From Octopus sinensis (Eukaryota), in contig NC_042997.1 in the NCBI RefSeq assembly GCF_006345805.1, positions 78,182,001 to 78,246,000 on the forward strand: 64,000 bases of DNA, written 5' to 3'. Position numbers and translations under genes: made by a program. Below the pieces are notes generated by a model. That model made no database searches, had not been told where the DNA came from, and saw only the letters and a program-made list of their open reading frames with translations. How positions within the stretch are numbered: position 1 is the stretch's first letter; every line of letters begins with the position of its first letter. This document shows positions 35,746 through 47,924 of this stretch, one piece after another.

Positions 35746-36268
35746 TTATTTGAGGGAATAAAATCCAAACTTACAAGGAAAAAGAATTCAATTTAGAAAT
35801 ACTAAATCAAATTCCACACAATATAATATAAAATATTAGAAAAAAAAACACCTTTTATCAATTCAAAATGAATAATTAAATTACACCATCTAGAAAATTA
35901 CATATATGTAATTACATATGCAAGTATTACTGCGTGGCACCTTGGGCAAGTGTCTTCTGCTATAGCCCCGGGCCGACCAAAGCCTTGTGAGTGGACTTGG
36001 TAGACGGAAACTGAAAGAAGCCCGTCGTATATATGTATATGTATATGTGTGCGTGTATGTTTGTGTGTCTGTGTTTGTCCCCCTAGCATTGCTTGACAAC
36101 GGATGCTGGTGTGTTTATGTCCCCGTCACTTAGCGGTTCGGCAAAAGAGACCGATAGAATAAGTACGTGGCTTACAAAGAATAAGTCCTGAGGTCGAGTT
36201 GCTCGATTAAAGGCGGTGCTCCAGCATGGCCGCAGTCAAATGACTGAAACAAGTAAAAGAGTAAAAGA
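35405..36268. mobile_element. Two SINE-A copies (minus 35405-35535, plus 35928-36268) around an (AT)/(CA) tract
   Basis: aagcctagtacttattctat on the minus copy; gggcaagtgtcttctgctatag...ccatggccgcagtcaaatgactgaaacaagtaaaagag on the plus copy. Confidence 0.8.
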
Positions 36269-36446
36269 GAGAAAGAGTAATAGAAAAGTTAAAATTAAAA
36301 TAACAGTTAAAAAGTAAAGATTAAGTAAATTACAAGAATAATATAATGTATATAATAGGTATATATATGTATATATATATATCCATACATAAATACAAAC
36401 ACACACACACGAACACATACACACACATATGCATGTATATATGTAG

Positions 36447-36551
36447 GTCATTATTCAATTTTATTTCGAAATTTCTAGCTAACAGTGAAAGAGCCGGTTT
36501 CTAACCTAGATCCAAAGCTCCTTCATTGGAATTTCAACACTACCAACAGGG
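36447..36551 (-). mobile_element. Element Y, second copy, adjacent to (TATG)n
   Basis: Matches 3672-3778. Confidence 0.65.
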
Positions 36552-36629
36552 TATGTATGTATGTATGTATGTATGTATGTATGTATGTATGTATGTATGT
36601 ATGTATGTATGTATGTATGTATGTATGTG

Positions 36630-37595
36630 TGCGTGTTTTTGTGCATGTATGTATTGTATTGTGTGTATACGTGCAGATTTGTATACTTTGTTTTATGTAT
36701 GTCTTCTTATGCATATATTTGCGTATCTAGACATGCTCATATATTCTTAAATGATAAACTTCTGGAAAGCTGTACAGATTTTTACAGTTCCAGTGATGGT
36801 TTGGATCTGTAGTCTTCGAATCAGCTTTCTTCTTTCTGGTTTTGAGAAGCCTAATTTCTCAAGATTGGTATTAAGGCAGTGTGTTACATATCCCAAGGCC
36901 CCAATAATTACAAGTATAAATCTGAACTTGTAATTTGGATAGAGTAACTGCAGAGATCTCAATAGTCCAGCGTAGGTATTTTCTTTTTCACTGATCTTCA
37001 GCTTTATGTTAACATACCCCTGGGTAGCTAATTGCCACAACTGTACACAATTTCTCTCCTCTATCCCAAATTGTTATACTAGGTCTGTTGTGCTTACATT
37101 TTATTAAGGTTTCCACTGAGACATTCCACCAGTACTCCTTTTTATTATGAGTGGCTATGGCTTCTACCATACTGTAGGTTCTTATTTCTTTGTCCCAGGG
37201 TTTGTCCTTCCGACCGATTTCATTATATAGTGTCCTAGCTACAACATCATATCCAGTTGGTTGATAATACTGTGTTGACATTTTCGGACAACTGCTTATG
37301 ATGTGAATGATATCTACAGTGTTAGCCCCGCAAAATCTGCATTGGTTGTCATAGTTTACTGCTTTTCTTGTATCTCTGTCCCTTTTGTGCATCGGGTATT
37401 TGGTTGATCTTCCCTTTTCCTGAATTGCAAACGCATACCCTTCAAAGTGAGAGGTTGTGACGCGGTTGTTGGTCCATGCATGGTCTTCTACTCATATACA
37501 CTCATCCTTTTATCTGATGGTACGTTACTGTAGAGAGGAGCGACTTTTTTGGCATGTATCTAAGGTTATCAGACAAGGCTTGCTGCTTAAGGAGC
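36630..37595 (-). mobile_element. R4-like family B 3' fragment B1 (ZnF + RLE + 3' UTR) ending in (ATAC)n
   Basis: CRFCGANTVDIIHIISSCPKMS zinc knuckle, KHNRP..IWD and IIGALGYV RLE; tail runs into (TATG)n at 36552-36626. Confidence 0.85.
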
Positions 37596-38005
37596 TGTAT
37601 GTATGTATACGTACAGATTTGTATGCTTTGTTTTATGTATGTATTTTCATGCATATCTAACCATGCTTATATATACTTAGATAAGAAATTTCTAGAAGGT
37701 TGAGATGGCTTTGATCTATAGTCTACGAATCAGTTTTCTCCTTTCTGGTTTTGAGAAGCCTAATTTCACAAGATTGGTATTTAGTCAGTGTTACACATCC
37801 CAGTGCCGTAATAAATACAGTATAAACCTGAACTTGTGATCTGGATAGAGTAGCTGTAGATTCCTCAATAGTTCAGTATAGGTGATCTTCAGCTTTATGT
37901 TAACGTCCGCTGATTTCCACAACTATACACAATTTCTATTCGAAATCATATCAAGTCTATTGTGTTTACATTTTATTGAGGTTTTCAGTGGGATATTCCA
38001 ATTTT
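37596..38005 (-). mobile_element. R4-like family B 3' fragment B2, tandem with B1
   Basis: Colinear with 36640-37150 (ttctggtttgagaagcctaatttc..agattggtatt); joined to B1 through a short ATAC tract. Confidence 0.8.
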
Positions 38006-38254
38006 TATTACGAGTAGCTATAGCTTATCAGACAACGAATACTGTTCAAAAAGCTGCCTTCCCAGTCTTATGATGTTATCAATCTCACGTATACTAATTT
38101 GGCCAAGGGATGCACTTCAACGCTTAGTGGTTAAAAGATGTTGCCGAAGGGAAATGATACGATATTCAAAAGCAGTATGGATCGTTATTAAGCTTTTGCC
38201 GCCTTATTTTCGTTTTAGGTAGAGGTGGTCTGCGTTACTGTTGATGTGGCAATA

Positions 38255-38486
38255 ACGTGTGCTTGTTTTCACCAAACAGCCCAAAAGTTGATATGAGTAC
38301 TGGCACTGCAAACACATTGTGGGCCACTGTTTTATAGAATGCAGAGAGTTCCGAGGTCCAAATTTTCTTTATTCGGCTGTAATATTCCTTGATGACACGT
38401 GTTTTGTTACAGGTGCCACTGTAAGATATGTTTTCATCCACCCCTAGATACCCGTAACCTTCCTCATCAGATATAGGGGAAACAGT
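38255..38486 (-). mobile_element. R4-like RT fragment B3 abutting (TATG)n
   Basis: YGYLGVDENISYSG..NKTRVIKEYYSRIKKIWTSELSAFYKTVAHNVFAVPVL. Confidence 0.8.
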
Positions 38487-38547
38487 TATGTATGTATGTA
38501 TGTATGTATGTATGTATGTATGTGTATGTATGTATGTATGTATGTAT

Positions 38548-38670
38548 ACGACGGGCTCCTCATAGTTTCCGTTTACGAAATTCACTCAAAAGGCCAAAGT
38601 CGACCCGACGCTATAGCAGAAGGCCACATGGTTGGGAGGCAAGCTTGTTAACCACTCAGTCACGCCCGTG
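38548..38670 (-). mobile_element. SINE-A partial head
   Basis: acgacgggctcctcatagtttccgttt...gacccgacgctatagcagaag. Confidence 0.6.
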
Positions 38671-39411
38671 TCGTTTGCACTTTCTCTTCACAAACATCGT
38701 AGCAACAGTGAACTTGAATAGTTGTAAAAGATACGTATTGAATGAAACGTAACTGATTTTGTCATGCCTTAAATTCTTTAACATGATCGTTGCTTCAATG
38801 TTTTAAAATTATTATTAGCACTTTGAAATGACCGATTAACATCAAACATTTTTACGTGCACTTTAGTAATGCAATTGGAAATTGCAGTCGTCGTAAGCTC
38901 ATGGAAACATACAGAATGATTAATGAAATATTTATGCAAGCTAAAGTTTTTGTTCAGATAATCCGAAGCTTTCGTTTAGTATGTGAGTATATGTATTCGT
39001 GTGTGTGTGTGTGTGTGTCTTTGTAGATATCTGTGATTATGTTTATCATTATAAAAACCGACAAAGTGTTACTGTGTCGTGTGTATGTATGTATGAATGT
39101 ATGTATATATGTATATGTTTGTTATAAATATACATATATATGTATAGAAAACCAAAGAAACCCAAGATCAACAACAGAAGAGAGTTACAGGAAGCTAGCT
39201 GGTTGCTATAGCAAAACTTTTCCGCTCATGTCCACTCCATTCACGCTCACACACACGCACATTGGTAACATTCGTCTATGTCTTGAAAATGGAGTCATAA
39301 CCCCAAAATATTGAATACAAGGTAAGTCAACATTAATTCACATATTTCTTTTCTTGTGATTTACCTTGCATTTACTTCGCATTGTTTTGGCCTTACCCAC
39401 GATCCTATATA

Positions 39412-40557
39412 CGAGGGACTTTCAATAAGTAATGCCCCTGACCCACTTGCATTTGTTTGATCTAGCTGAAATTTTGCATGTGCAATTATTCGTATCTCTA
39501 TAGATTAAGTGGCAAATTACAGCTCTGATAAAGTTGTGGATTTTGATTTACAGGTGTTTGAACTGAGTCAAGTGTGAAATGGAGCCTGTTGAGTGTCGAG
39601 CAGTGATCCGATTTTTGTATTTGAAAGGACGCACACCACGGGAGACTTTTGATGAAATGAAAGTAACTTATGGTGATGATGCCCCATCATATGACCTTGT
39701 AAAACGCTGGCATCGTGAATTCAAACATGGTCGGAACTCTGTGGAAACAGCTCCCAGATCTGGTTGCCCCCCTTCTGCCATTGATGAGGCATCAGTCCGT
39801 CAAGTTGAGGCTGCTATTTTGGAAGATCGATGCATAACTATTCGCCAAATAGCCCATGAGGTCACTATCATTCATGACCATTTGCATATGCAAAAGGCGT
39901 CTGCCAGATGGATTCCCAGGTTGCTCACACCTTTCCAGAAGCAAGAACGCGTTGAGTGCTCGAGGATGAATTTGGAGATCTGCCAAGAAGATGAGTCAAA
40001 ATGTTTCAAAAGACTGATTACACAGGATGAGACCTGGGTCCATCACTATGATCCAGAGACCAAAGCCCAGTCAATGCAGTGGAAGCACTGTGACTCACCT
40101 CCTCCAAAGAAGGCAAGGGCGCAGCCCTCCGCTGGCAAGGTCATGCTCACAGTCTTCTGGGACCAGGACGGAGTAGTGATGATAGATTTCCTGGCAAAGG
40201 GTACCACAATTACAGGAGCCTACTATGCTTCACTTTTGAGGAAATTAAGAGAAGCTATCAAAATCAAGAGGCGGGGCAAGATCAGCAAAGGCATCCTCCT
40301 CCTGCAGGACAACGCTCCGGTCCACAACCCTCTGATTTTTCACCTCTTCGCAGCCATGAAGTTGTTTTTGAAAAGAAAGCGTTTCCCAGATGATGCAGCC
40401 TTGATTTCTGAAGACACATCGTGGTTGGAGGACCAAGTTGGGGTCGTCTACAAAAACGGTCTCCAGAGCTGCATCAAACGATGGGGAAAATGCGTAACTC
40501 TGGGTGGTTCCTATGTAGAAAAAGAAACTGTGCCAAGTTTCGTTGTTCTACTGCTAT
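39412..40557 (+). mobile_element. Mariner, same family as 19917-21177; left TIR intact, right TIR lost
   Basis: TA-cgagggactttcaataagtaatgcccctgacccactt left end; 326-aa ORF at 39579-40559. Confidence 0.93.
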
Positions 40558-40559
40558 GA
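39579..40559 (+). pseudogene. Mariner transposase, open but defective (8-aa deletion near the HTH region and frameshifting loss of the YSPDL motif)
   Basis: WIPRLLT, ITQDETW and QDNAPVH are present; HPPYSPDLA with the third catalytic D region is disrupted. Confidence 0.85.
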
Positions 40560-40780
40560 TGTATCTTCAGAAATCAAGGCTGCATCATCTGGGAAAATGT
40601 GTTACCCAGCATTAACAGAGTCGTCTCCAAGTGCTATCTCGCGGCGAATCCGGCGAACAAACAAAACACATACTTACACAAAGCATGTGCGATTGATGAC
40701 GTTTTCATCACTAATGGTGCTTTTCATTCGATATTCAATATACATACATACATAAATACATACATACATACATACATACA

Positions 40781-40809
<29 letters not shown>

Positions 40810-40811
<2 letters not shown>

Positions 40812-41085
40812 GGAAACTCCTGGTGAGTCTAGCTTCAAACTTTGGAATTGAAAGTTATGCTGGATCAAAGACTCCGTCCTCTCCATCGAGACCAAAAATA
40901 CAATACTGAAATAGACATGGTTTCATGGATCCACAAATTTTCAATTCTCTGCTAAACAACTTCAGGGATCTTCGAGATGTCAATATGGAAATTTTCAAAG
41001 AGATTGTACACACATTTTCATTTGAGGTACCAGATGAACCCACTTGGCAGCAGAAAACATAAAGAGCAGCTGTTTCGAACAACAT
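40810..41085 (+). mobile_element. CR1/L2-like LINE extreme 3' fragment
   Basis: Reads RHGFMDPQIFNSLLNNFRDL..VNMEIFK....FSFEVPDEP, like the LFNSLP..IR..FK..LD.FL..IPDEP C-terminus. Confidence 0.5.
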
Positions 41086-41225
41086 ACTTCACTCGAAACA
41101 ATTTAACGAAGAATAGAAGGAAGTGAGTTTGAAATAAGAAATAAAAAAAAAAGAAATCACTAAAACTGATGCTCCAGCAATGCTGCAACCTTTCATTGCA
41201 ACTAGTAAAAGCGAAAAGTAAAAGT

Positions 41226-41292
<67 letters not shown>

Positions 41293-41794
41293 TGCACACA
41301 CTTAAAGAGAGAGAGGCATGTATTCATTGTATGAATAGGAAATATATATGCATGTGATGTGTGTGTGTATGTGTGTGTTTGTGTAGCCTGAGGCATGGTA
41401 ACGTTTCTTAACCTCCTCAGGCAAAGATACTTTAGGCGCCTTTATCTTTGAAGTTCATTTGCTTCGTGACTCATAACCAACTTAATGACAGTTACGTAAA
41501 TAATTAATTACCACTTCATCATGGTTTCAAATATAATCATAATATGACATCAGATAATATCAGAAATGTTAACTAGTAAATAATAATGAATAGCTTACTA
41601 GATAGATGTATTTTTGTAAACTATTTTGATATGAATGTTATCGAGATTTAGAACCATTCAAAATAAATTTTTATTATATCCTTAGTTTTGAAACTCATGC
41701 GGTGTATATAGATCATGAAATAGCTTGACAAAATGCTACTTATGTTTAAAATAATAAATGTAATAATTTTACAAATATGTAGAGATCATCATAT

Positions 41795-43315
41795 ACACAA
41801 GGAGAGTTCTACTTAACCACTTGCTGAATCTACTGTGTCAGTGCTGGGATGAGGGATCAGTGGCACAAGATATGAGAGACTGCAACATTATCACACTATA
41901 TAAGAACAAAGGAGACAACAGCGACTGCAATAACTACCGTGGCATCTCGCTGTTAAGCATCGTTGGGAAAGAATTTGCCCGCGTGGCCCTAAATAGGCTA
42001 CAGAAAATCGCTGGGGGTATACCCCGAATCTCAGTGTGGTTTCAGAGCAAGACGATCCACCATCGACATGATCTTCCCTCTCCGACAGCTACAGGAAAAG
42101 TGCCGAGAGCAAAGACAACCACACTTTATCACCTTCATCGAACTCACAATGGTGTTTGACCTAGTCAGTAGAGAAGGTCTGTTCAAAATCCTTGCCAAGA
42201 TTGGCTGTCTTCCAAGATTTCTCAGATTGTTCAATCATTTCACACGGATATGAAAGACATCGTTCAATTTGATGGCTCTTTTTTGGAGGCATTTAACATA
42301 CGTGACGGCGTGAAACAGAGCCTGCCCCACTATATTTGGTATCTTCTTTGCAGTCATACTAAAACATGCATTTGAGACATCAACTGATGTGTTTACCTCC
42401 ACACCAGATCTAGCGGTAAAATGTTTTATCTGTTGAGGCTGAAAGCAAAATCCAATTGCGCCAGATACTCTTCAGAGAAATGCTGTTTGCAGGTGACGCA
42501 GCACTGACAGCGCACTCTGGAGAGCAAATGCAGCACCTCGTAGACAAACTTTCAAAGGCTTGTCAGGAATTCAGCCTGCTATCAGTCTGAAGAAGACCCA
42601 AGTAATGGGTCAATGTGTTATGCATGCACCCACCATCACCATCAACAACTACAAGCTAGAGGTAGTCCATCAATTCACCTATTCCGGCCCTAACATTGCT
42701 GAACCCTGAGATCAACAGGCAAATCGGACAAGCATCCTCCACATTTTCCAGGCTCACACAGAAAGTCTGGGAGACGCATCTTGGACATCAAGTGGACCGA
42801 CCACATCACCAACATCGAAGCCAAGGTACCCAGCATATACATCTTGATCCAGTGGCGTCGTTTGCGCTGGCTCAGTCCTGTTTATCGCATGCCAGACGGA
42901 AGGATCCCAAAAGACCTCCTGTATGGGGAATTTGCCACCGGTACAAGAGCACGAGGACGACTTCATCTTCGTCTCAAAGACGCCTGTAAAAGGAATATGA
43001 AGTCGCTTGATCTGGACGTCCAGAGACGGGAGGAGGTTGCAAATGATCGCCCACACTGGAGGCAAATACTGCGAAAGGGAATGAAGACAGCGGAAGAAAA
43101 TCAGGAACTCGCCTTCAAAGAAAAGCGCACTGACGGAAGGATAAATCAGTAGCGCCAGTAGAGAGCTCCTTCAAATGCAGTGGCTGTATGCGTGACTGCC
43201 ACTCCCGTGTGGGCCTGTACAGCCACAACAGATGCCTCACCACCATTAGCAGTTGACACTATTTATTTGGGAACAGATCCACGACCTCTTGAGACCAAAG
43301 GATGCCTACCACTAC
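41795..43315 (+). mobile_element. RTE/BovB-like LINE, 5'-truncated, frameshifted
   Basis: DCNIITLYKNKGDNSDCNNYRGISLLSIVGK, DMIFPLRQLQEKCREQ, FDLVSREGLFKIL and DGRIPKDLLYGE. Confidence 0.92.
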
Positions 43316-43609
43316 CTAGATGCTGTACAGAACAATTTCCTATTCTGAGATGGATCACGGAGGGATTCAAAGACAAACAACTTTCAATGAATATTGAATT
43401 TATTGATTTCAAGAAAGTCTTTGACACTCTCAAGAGAGATATTATGCTTAAGGAATTCTCTAGATCATAACGGAAGCCATCAAAACTAGTTACAACAACT
43501 AACGTATTCCTCTGATGATTTTAATCACCGACAATATCAACATTTAATAACTTTATAAGTATTTCATTATAAATAAAGATGTGCTTAAAGGCTATAACTT
43601 TACTCCATT

Positions 43610-44720
43610 TCTCAGTCTGGTGAAGCAAGCATCAGATGATTCAAGCAGTTCTCCACCAACTTCTGATACACCGTCCACATCTTTTCTCATGCTTCACCAA
43701 TCCTTTTTCCCCGCGTACAGTTAGCTCCAATATGATAAGGTATATTGTGGCTCCAGAAACCAACAAAAAGTCTAATTTTCACGAGGAATTGTTGATATCT
43801 GATTGAAATTTCAGCTGCTTCTCCTGCTCATTTTTTATTACACAGTTACGTAAAGCGGAAACCAAACCACTGGAGTTGATTTGGGGTCTTTCATCGACCG
43901 TTCTCTTTCCGTAATGAAGTTGATCTTCCTTGTTACAGTGTGAACGTTTGCGTTGTTGTTAATCCTGCTCCTCACTGCCACAGCGATTTTCTCGAAGACT
44001 TGATAATGTCTTCAGCAATAACCTACGTCATTCAGTGCCTTGGAACAGCTGCTTAGAATTTGCCTATTGATCCCTGGTTTAGAACACAGAGAACGTGCGG
44101 GTGATTTCACTGTTGCATATATATAAGCTGGATGAGCTAGGAAGGACATCGTAAATACTCTAGAATTAAAAACTTGATCATCTGTAGGTTTCACATCCAA
44201 GTAACATTCACTCCATGGCCTGTTCCCACTTAATCCAAACACCTTGTTTTTACATTGCCACTCCTCTTCTAAAGCTCGCAATCTCCTTGCTTTCGCCTCT
44301 CCTAATCACTGTCCATGCCATTTCGGATTATTAGGACAGTTTCAAGCAGTATCTTGTGTTTCAGCCGCACAACTACCTACATGCCTGCGTCGGTTGCTTT
44401 CCATTTGCTTAGTCTACTAACAGTAATTCATGTATCCTGTCTCTTGAACTTACAGCCCGTGTCTCCATGAATTCCTTCCTGGCAGAACTAAACGGAAGCC
44501 TGAATGTGTTGTTTCTCCCCGAACAACCCAATACTTCTTAAGCTACTTGGTAAACCAAGCCATTTGCAGAGATGGCTACTCACATGGAACTCAAATCCTC
44601 ACACTATAGTCATGAGCAGCGACCAAACGATACTTGGGAAGGTCTCATAGTGATAGTCCTAGGCCAGGAGAGATTTGGTCACCTATGTCGTTCATACCTT
44701 CTCGGGATCCTTTGCTGGTT
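43610..44720 (-). mobile_element. HERO-clade retrotransposon 3' fragment (RT C-terminus, ZnF, RLE), decayed
   Basis: SLCSKPG..QILSSCSKALNDVGY..RH.QV zinc knuckle and DFLLVSGATIYLIILELTV RLE motif on the minus strand. Confidence 0.75.
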
Positions 44721-44784
44721 TTATATCGACCGGTAACATTTTCATAAAAATACACTACCTTATAAATCTTATTAGTTATATCCA

Positions 44785-45130
44785 GGAGGCGCATGGCTCA
44801 GTGGTTAGAACGTCGGCTCTCAATCATGAGGTAGTGAGTTCGATTCTCGGATAGGGCTTGTGTTGTGTTCTTGAGCAAGACACTTTATTTCACGATGATC
44901 CAGTTCACTCAGCTGTAGAAATGAGTTGCGTCGTCACTGGTGCTAAGCAGTATCGGCCTTTGCCTTTCCCTTGGTTAACATCGGTGTCGTGGAGAGACGA
45001 GGCTTGTATGCATGGGCGACTCCTGGTCTTCCATAAACAACCTTACCCGGACTTGTGCCTCGGAGGGGAACTTTCTAGCTTCAATCCCATGGTCATTCAT
45101 GACTGAAGAGGGTCTTTTACCTTTATCTTG
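44785..45130 (+). mobile_element. tRNA-derived SINE family C with a CORE/Meta-like central motif
   Basis: A-box tggctcagtgg at 44794, B-box gttcgattc at 44838, then tgtgttcttgagcaagacacttt. Confidence 0.8.
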
Positions 45131-45288
45131 CAACTCTAAATCAGCTAACTACAATGTAACACAATGCCCAAAAACGCTTTTAACAAAGCATAAATACGCT
45201 AGGTAGTTAACCTATTCCTATATTAAATTTCTGTCGTAACTAAATTAAGGATCAATAGTTCAAACAGAAATATGTTAACCGGTTCATA

Positions 45289-46200
45289 ACAGGTCTGCGA
45301 AATTGAACTTTTTGAGTTGTTTTGATAACTGTATGTTATAACTGTATGTTACTTATATATTTATATACTTTTATATATTCATATACTTTTTTTCATCGAA
45401 ATATCAATAAAATTGTTTCCTAATGTTTTCTCACAATTTAATCATAAAATTTACCATAATTTGTTTGTAAATCCACATATAGTGGGACAAAATGAAACTA
45501 ATAGAAATAAGTTTGGTACTTTATTTAGCAAAATGCTATTGAAAGGAGAGAAAATAGATTTTTTACAATGGTTCTATTCGTTAGGTTCAGCACTTCAAAT
45601 CTCTTATTTTTCACTTGGAAGCTGCCCCTGGAACTCTTTCATCAGTGAGCTTTTGATGGACATTCACGATTCAACATCCAGTAGTAGTCGGCCATCATAT
45701 TGACATTGACGCCTTTAAGACTTCTCTTTGAAGAGTCAATAAAGCCATTCGTCAAAGCTGTAACTTATGCCAAACTTTCCTATTAGTCCCAGTGGATCTG
45801 TATAACATCAAATCATTGTTTGAGCGAAATAAGGAACACATTCTGTTTTGCGGATACAATAGCAATTGGATGATGAGCGAGAAGTTAAAATATTCTTGGA
45901 CTTAAATTTGCAGCCTAAAAGCTCTGCTGACTCCTTTGCGAGCCCTAAGTCTCTCACTAGATCAATTAATTCACGTTGGTTGAAAGTTGAGGTTCTTCGC
46001 CTTCACTACTACTGAAGTTTTTATCGTCATTTCTATTTCTGTCGTTTGACTTAGAACTCAAGAATATGTTTTCAAGGTTTCCCGGTGGTGATCGGACAGG
46101 AACGTTCGGTTCATGGGCAACAAGTCGCAATGTAGATGAGAGATTTGGATAAAGAATACTTTTCTCGTGCTTCAAATTGAGTCCCTGCACCTTACATGAG
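45289..46200 (-). mobile_element. Internally deleted DDE-like DNA transposase remnant (superfamily not assigned)
   Basis: The minus strand encodes NQRELIDLVRDLGLAKESAELLG and FIDSSKRSLKGV fused directly to NVNMMADYYWML; possible end acaggtctgcgaaa at about 45289. Confidence 0.6.
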
Positions 46201-46654
46201 CAAAAGTAGCAGCCATCACTGTGATTTTGACGCTCTCTTCATATCATTGGGACCCCGAAACAAAAAGATTTCTCTGTACATTTTATCTGTTGTCTTAGTT
46301 CTTAACACAAATTTAGCAGACTTTATGAGGAGCCCACTTCTTATCTTGGTGTCTTAATTTCACACCAACGTAGGTATAGTAAGACTTTTTGACAAATTCG
46401 GTAATGTTTATCTGGTGTTTCCTGATCATAAACTCGCTACAAATATAACAAGTTATTCAGACACACTGAAACATATACAGATATACATACAAGTATATAT
46501 GTATACGCGTATGAGTACATATGCATGTATAAACTAAAGCTTATAAGCAGAAATCTATTCTACTTACAGAATTACTTCGTTCATGGCACTTTAAAGAAAA
46601 CAGGATGACTAATAATAGTACTAACCTTATCTTCAGTTACTTCTAATCACAATT

Positions 46655-46858
46655 CGAATCACAAGGCCTGAAATTTTCAGGGAGAGGGTAAGTCGACCAC
46701 ATCGACCCCAGTATTTGACTGGTACTTAATTACTCGATCCTCGAAAGGATGAAAAACAAAATCTATCTCGGCGGAATTTGAACTCAGAACGTAAAGACGG
46801 ACGAAATGCTGCTAAGCATTTTTCCCGATGTGCTAACGATTCTGCCGACTCACCACCT
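46655..46858 (-). mobile_element. SINE family B (tail type 2)
   Basis: gtcgaccacatcgaccccagtatttgactggtactt...ctcggcggaatttgaactcagaacgtaaagacggacgaaatgc. Confidence 0.8.
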
Positions 46859-47859
46859 ATCTATTCTCTCATTAATTCTTCTTCACACTAGTGTCTTTTG
46901 TATATGATCACTCTTCTTCTCTTACTCTTTCTCTATCCCTATCTCTCTTTCTTTAGTTCATTGATAACTTTGTAAGTTTACAATCAGCTTAGGAGCGATG
47001 TAGCTTCAGTAGCCGCAGCGAAGACACGTCATCTAGAAGACATTTTTGTAAATGACCAGCAGAAACTGAGAGAGTCTTTGATTTCACTACTGGTGCAACG
47101 ATGAAACAGCTCAATTCTTATTTTCGGGGAAAGCACATTCTGTCTCCATCACTTTTTTTTTCATTGTTCTAACTCTAGTGCACCTCCTAAATTCAGTATT
47201 TTTTTCTGAATCTTTACATGTATACATTAAGGAACTATTTGGCATCACTTTTTACAACACATACAACATCCATTTGAAAATTATACTACATTCCACTCCT
47301 CTTTAACGTTCAACAAAAAAAGGTATTATTCACACACAGTCTAGACACCTTATCATAGGCATACAATGTCTTTATGAATAATAGACTAGTAACATCTTTC
47401 AGAAAAGAAACAACAAAGTTTCTATCAACAGTACACATTTTCAATGATTACAGATACAGAGAAAACAGTATTGTATAGCATGGACTCTAACTCTGAAGAA
47501 CATACAACCGAAAGCTTAAAATTCAAGCATACAAATACGAAACTTTAAAATCTCTGATTATTTTTCATTGTGACAGCGAAAAAATAGTCAAAGTTGCATG
47601 ACGATGAGCGAAGAGGATTGATCAGATTAAGCTAGATAATTTATGGATCCTATCAAACCTAAGACAAGTCTGATAGAAGAGAAAATATCTTTAAGTAGAT
47701 GAATATTGATCTATATATTATTGTTTATAGATATTTAAGCTTGGACCTATGTCGGCCTTGTTCAAATAGATCTATGGTAGATAAAATGTCTATCGAACGT
47801 CTGGGTACAATTGAAAAAACCTGTTCTAGATATTTTATATCTCTATCTTCTAGAGGTTC

Positions 47860-47924
<65 letters not shown>

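Noticed and set aside
38700-38760. GAAACGTA palindromic stem III here and at 50512-50522
   Set aside because: No CUGANGA box within reach.
41386-41422. Minus-strand CTGAGGA-ggttaa-GAAACGTT hammerhead-like string
   Set aside because: Stems I and II cannot form; it is better explained as a small gcctgagg/cctcaggc hairpin.
44785-44860. Functional tRNA gene
   Set aside because: It has A and B boxes but no complete cloverleaf and continues into a SINE body, as do the SINE-A and SINE-B heads.
47490-47525. CTGAAGA-acatacaacc-GAAAGCTTA
   Set aside because: No stem II and no stem I pairing.
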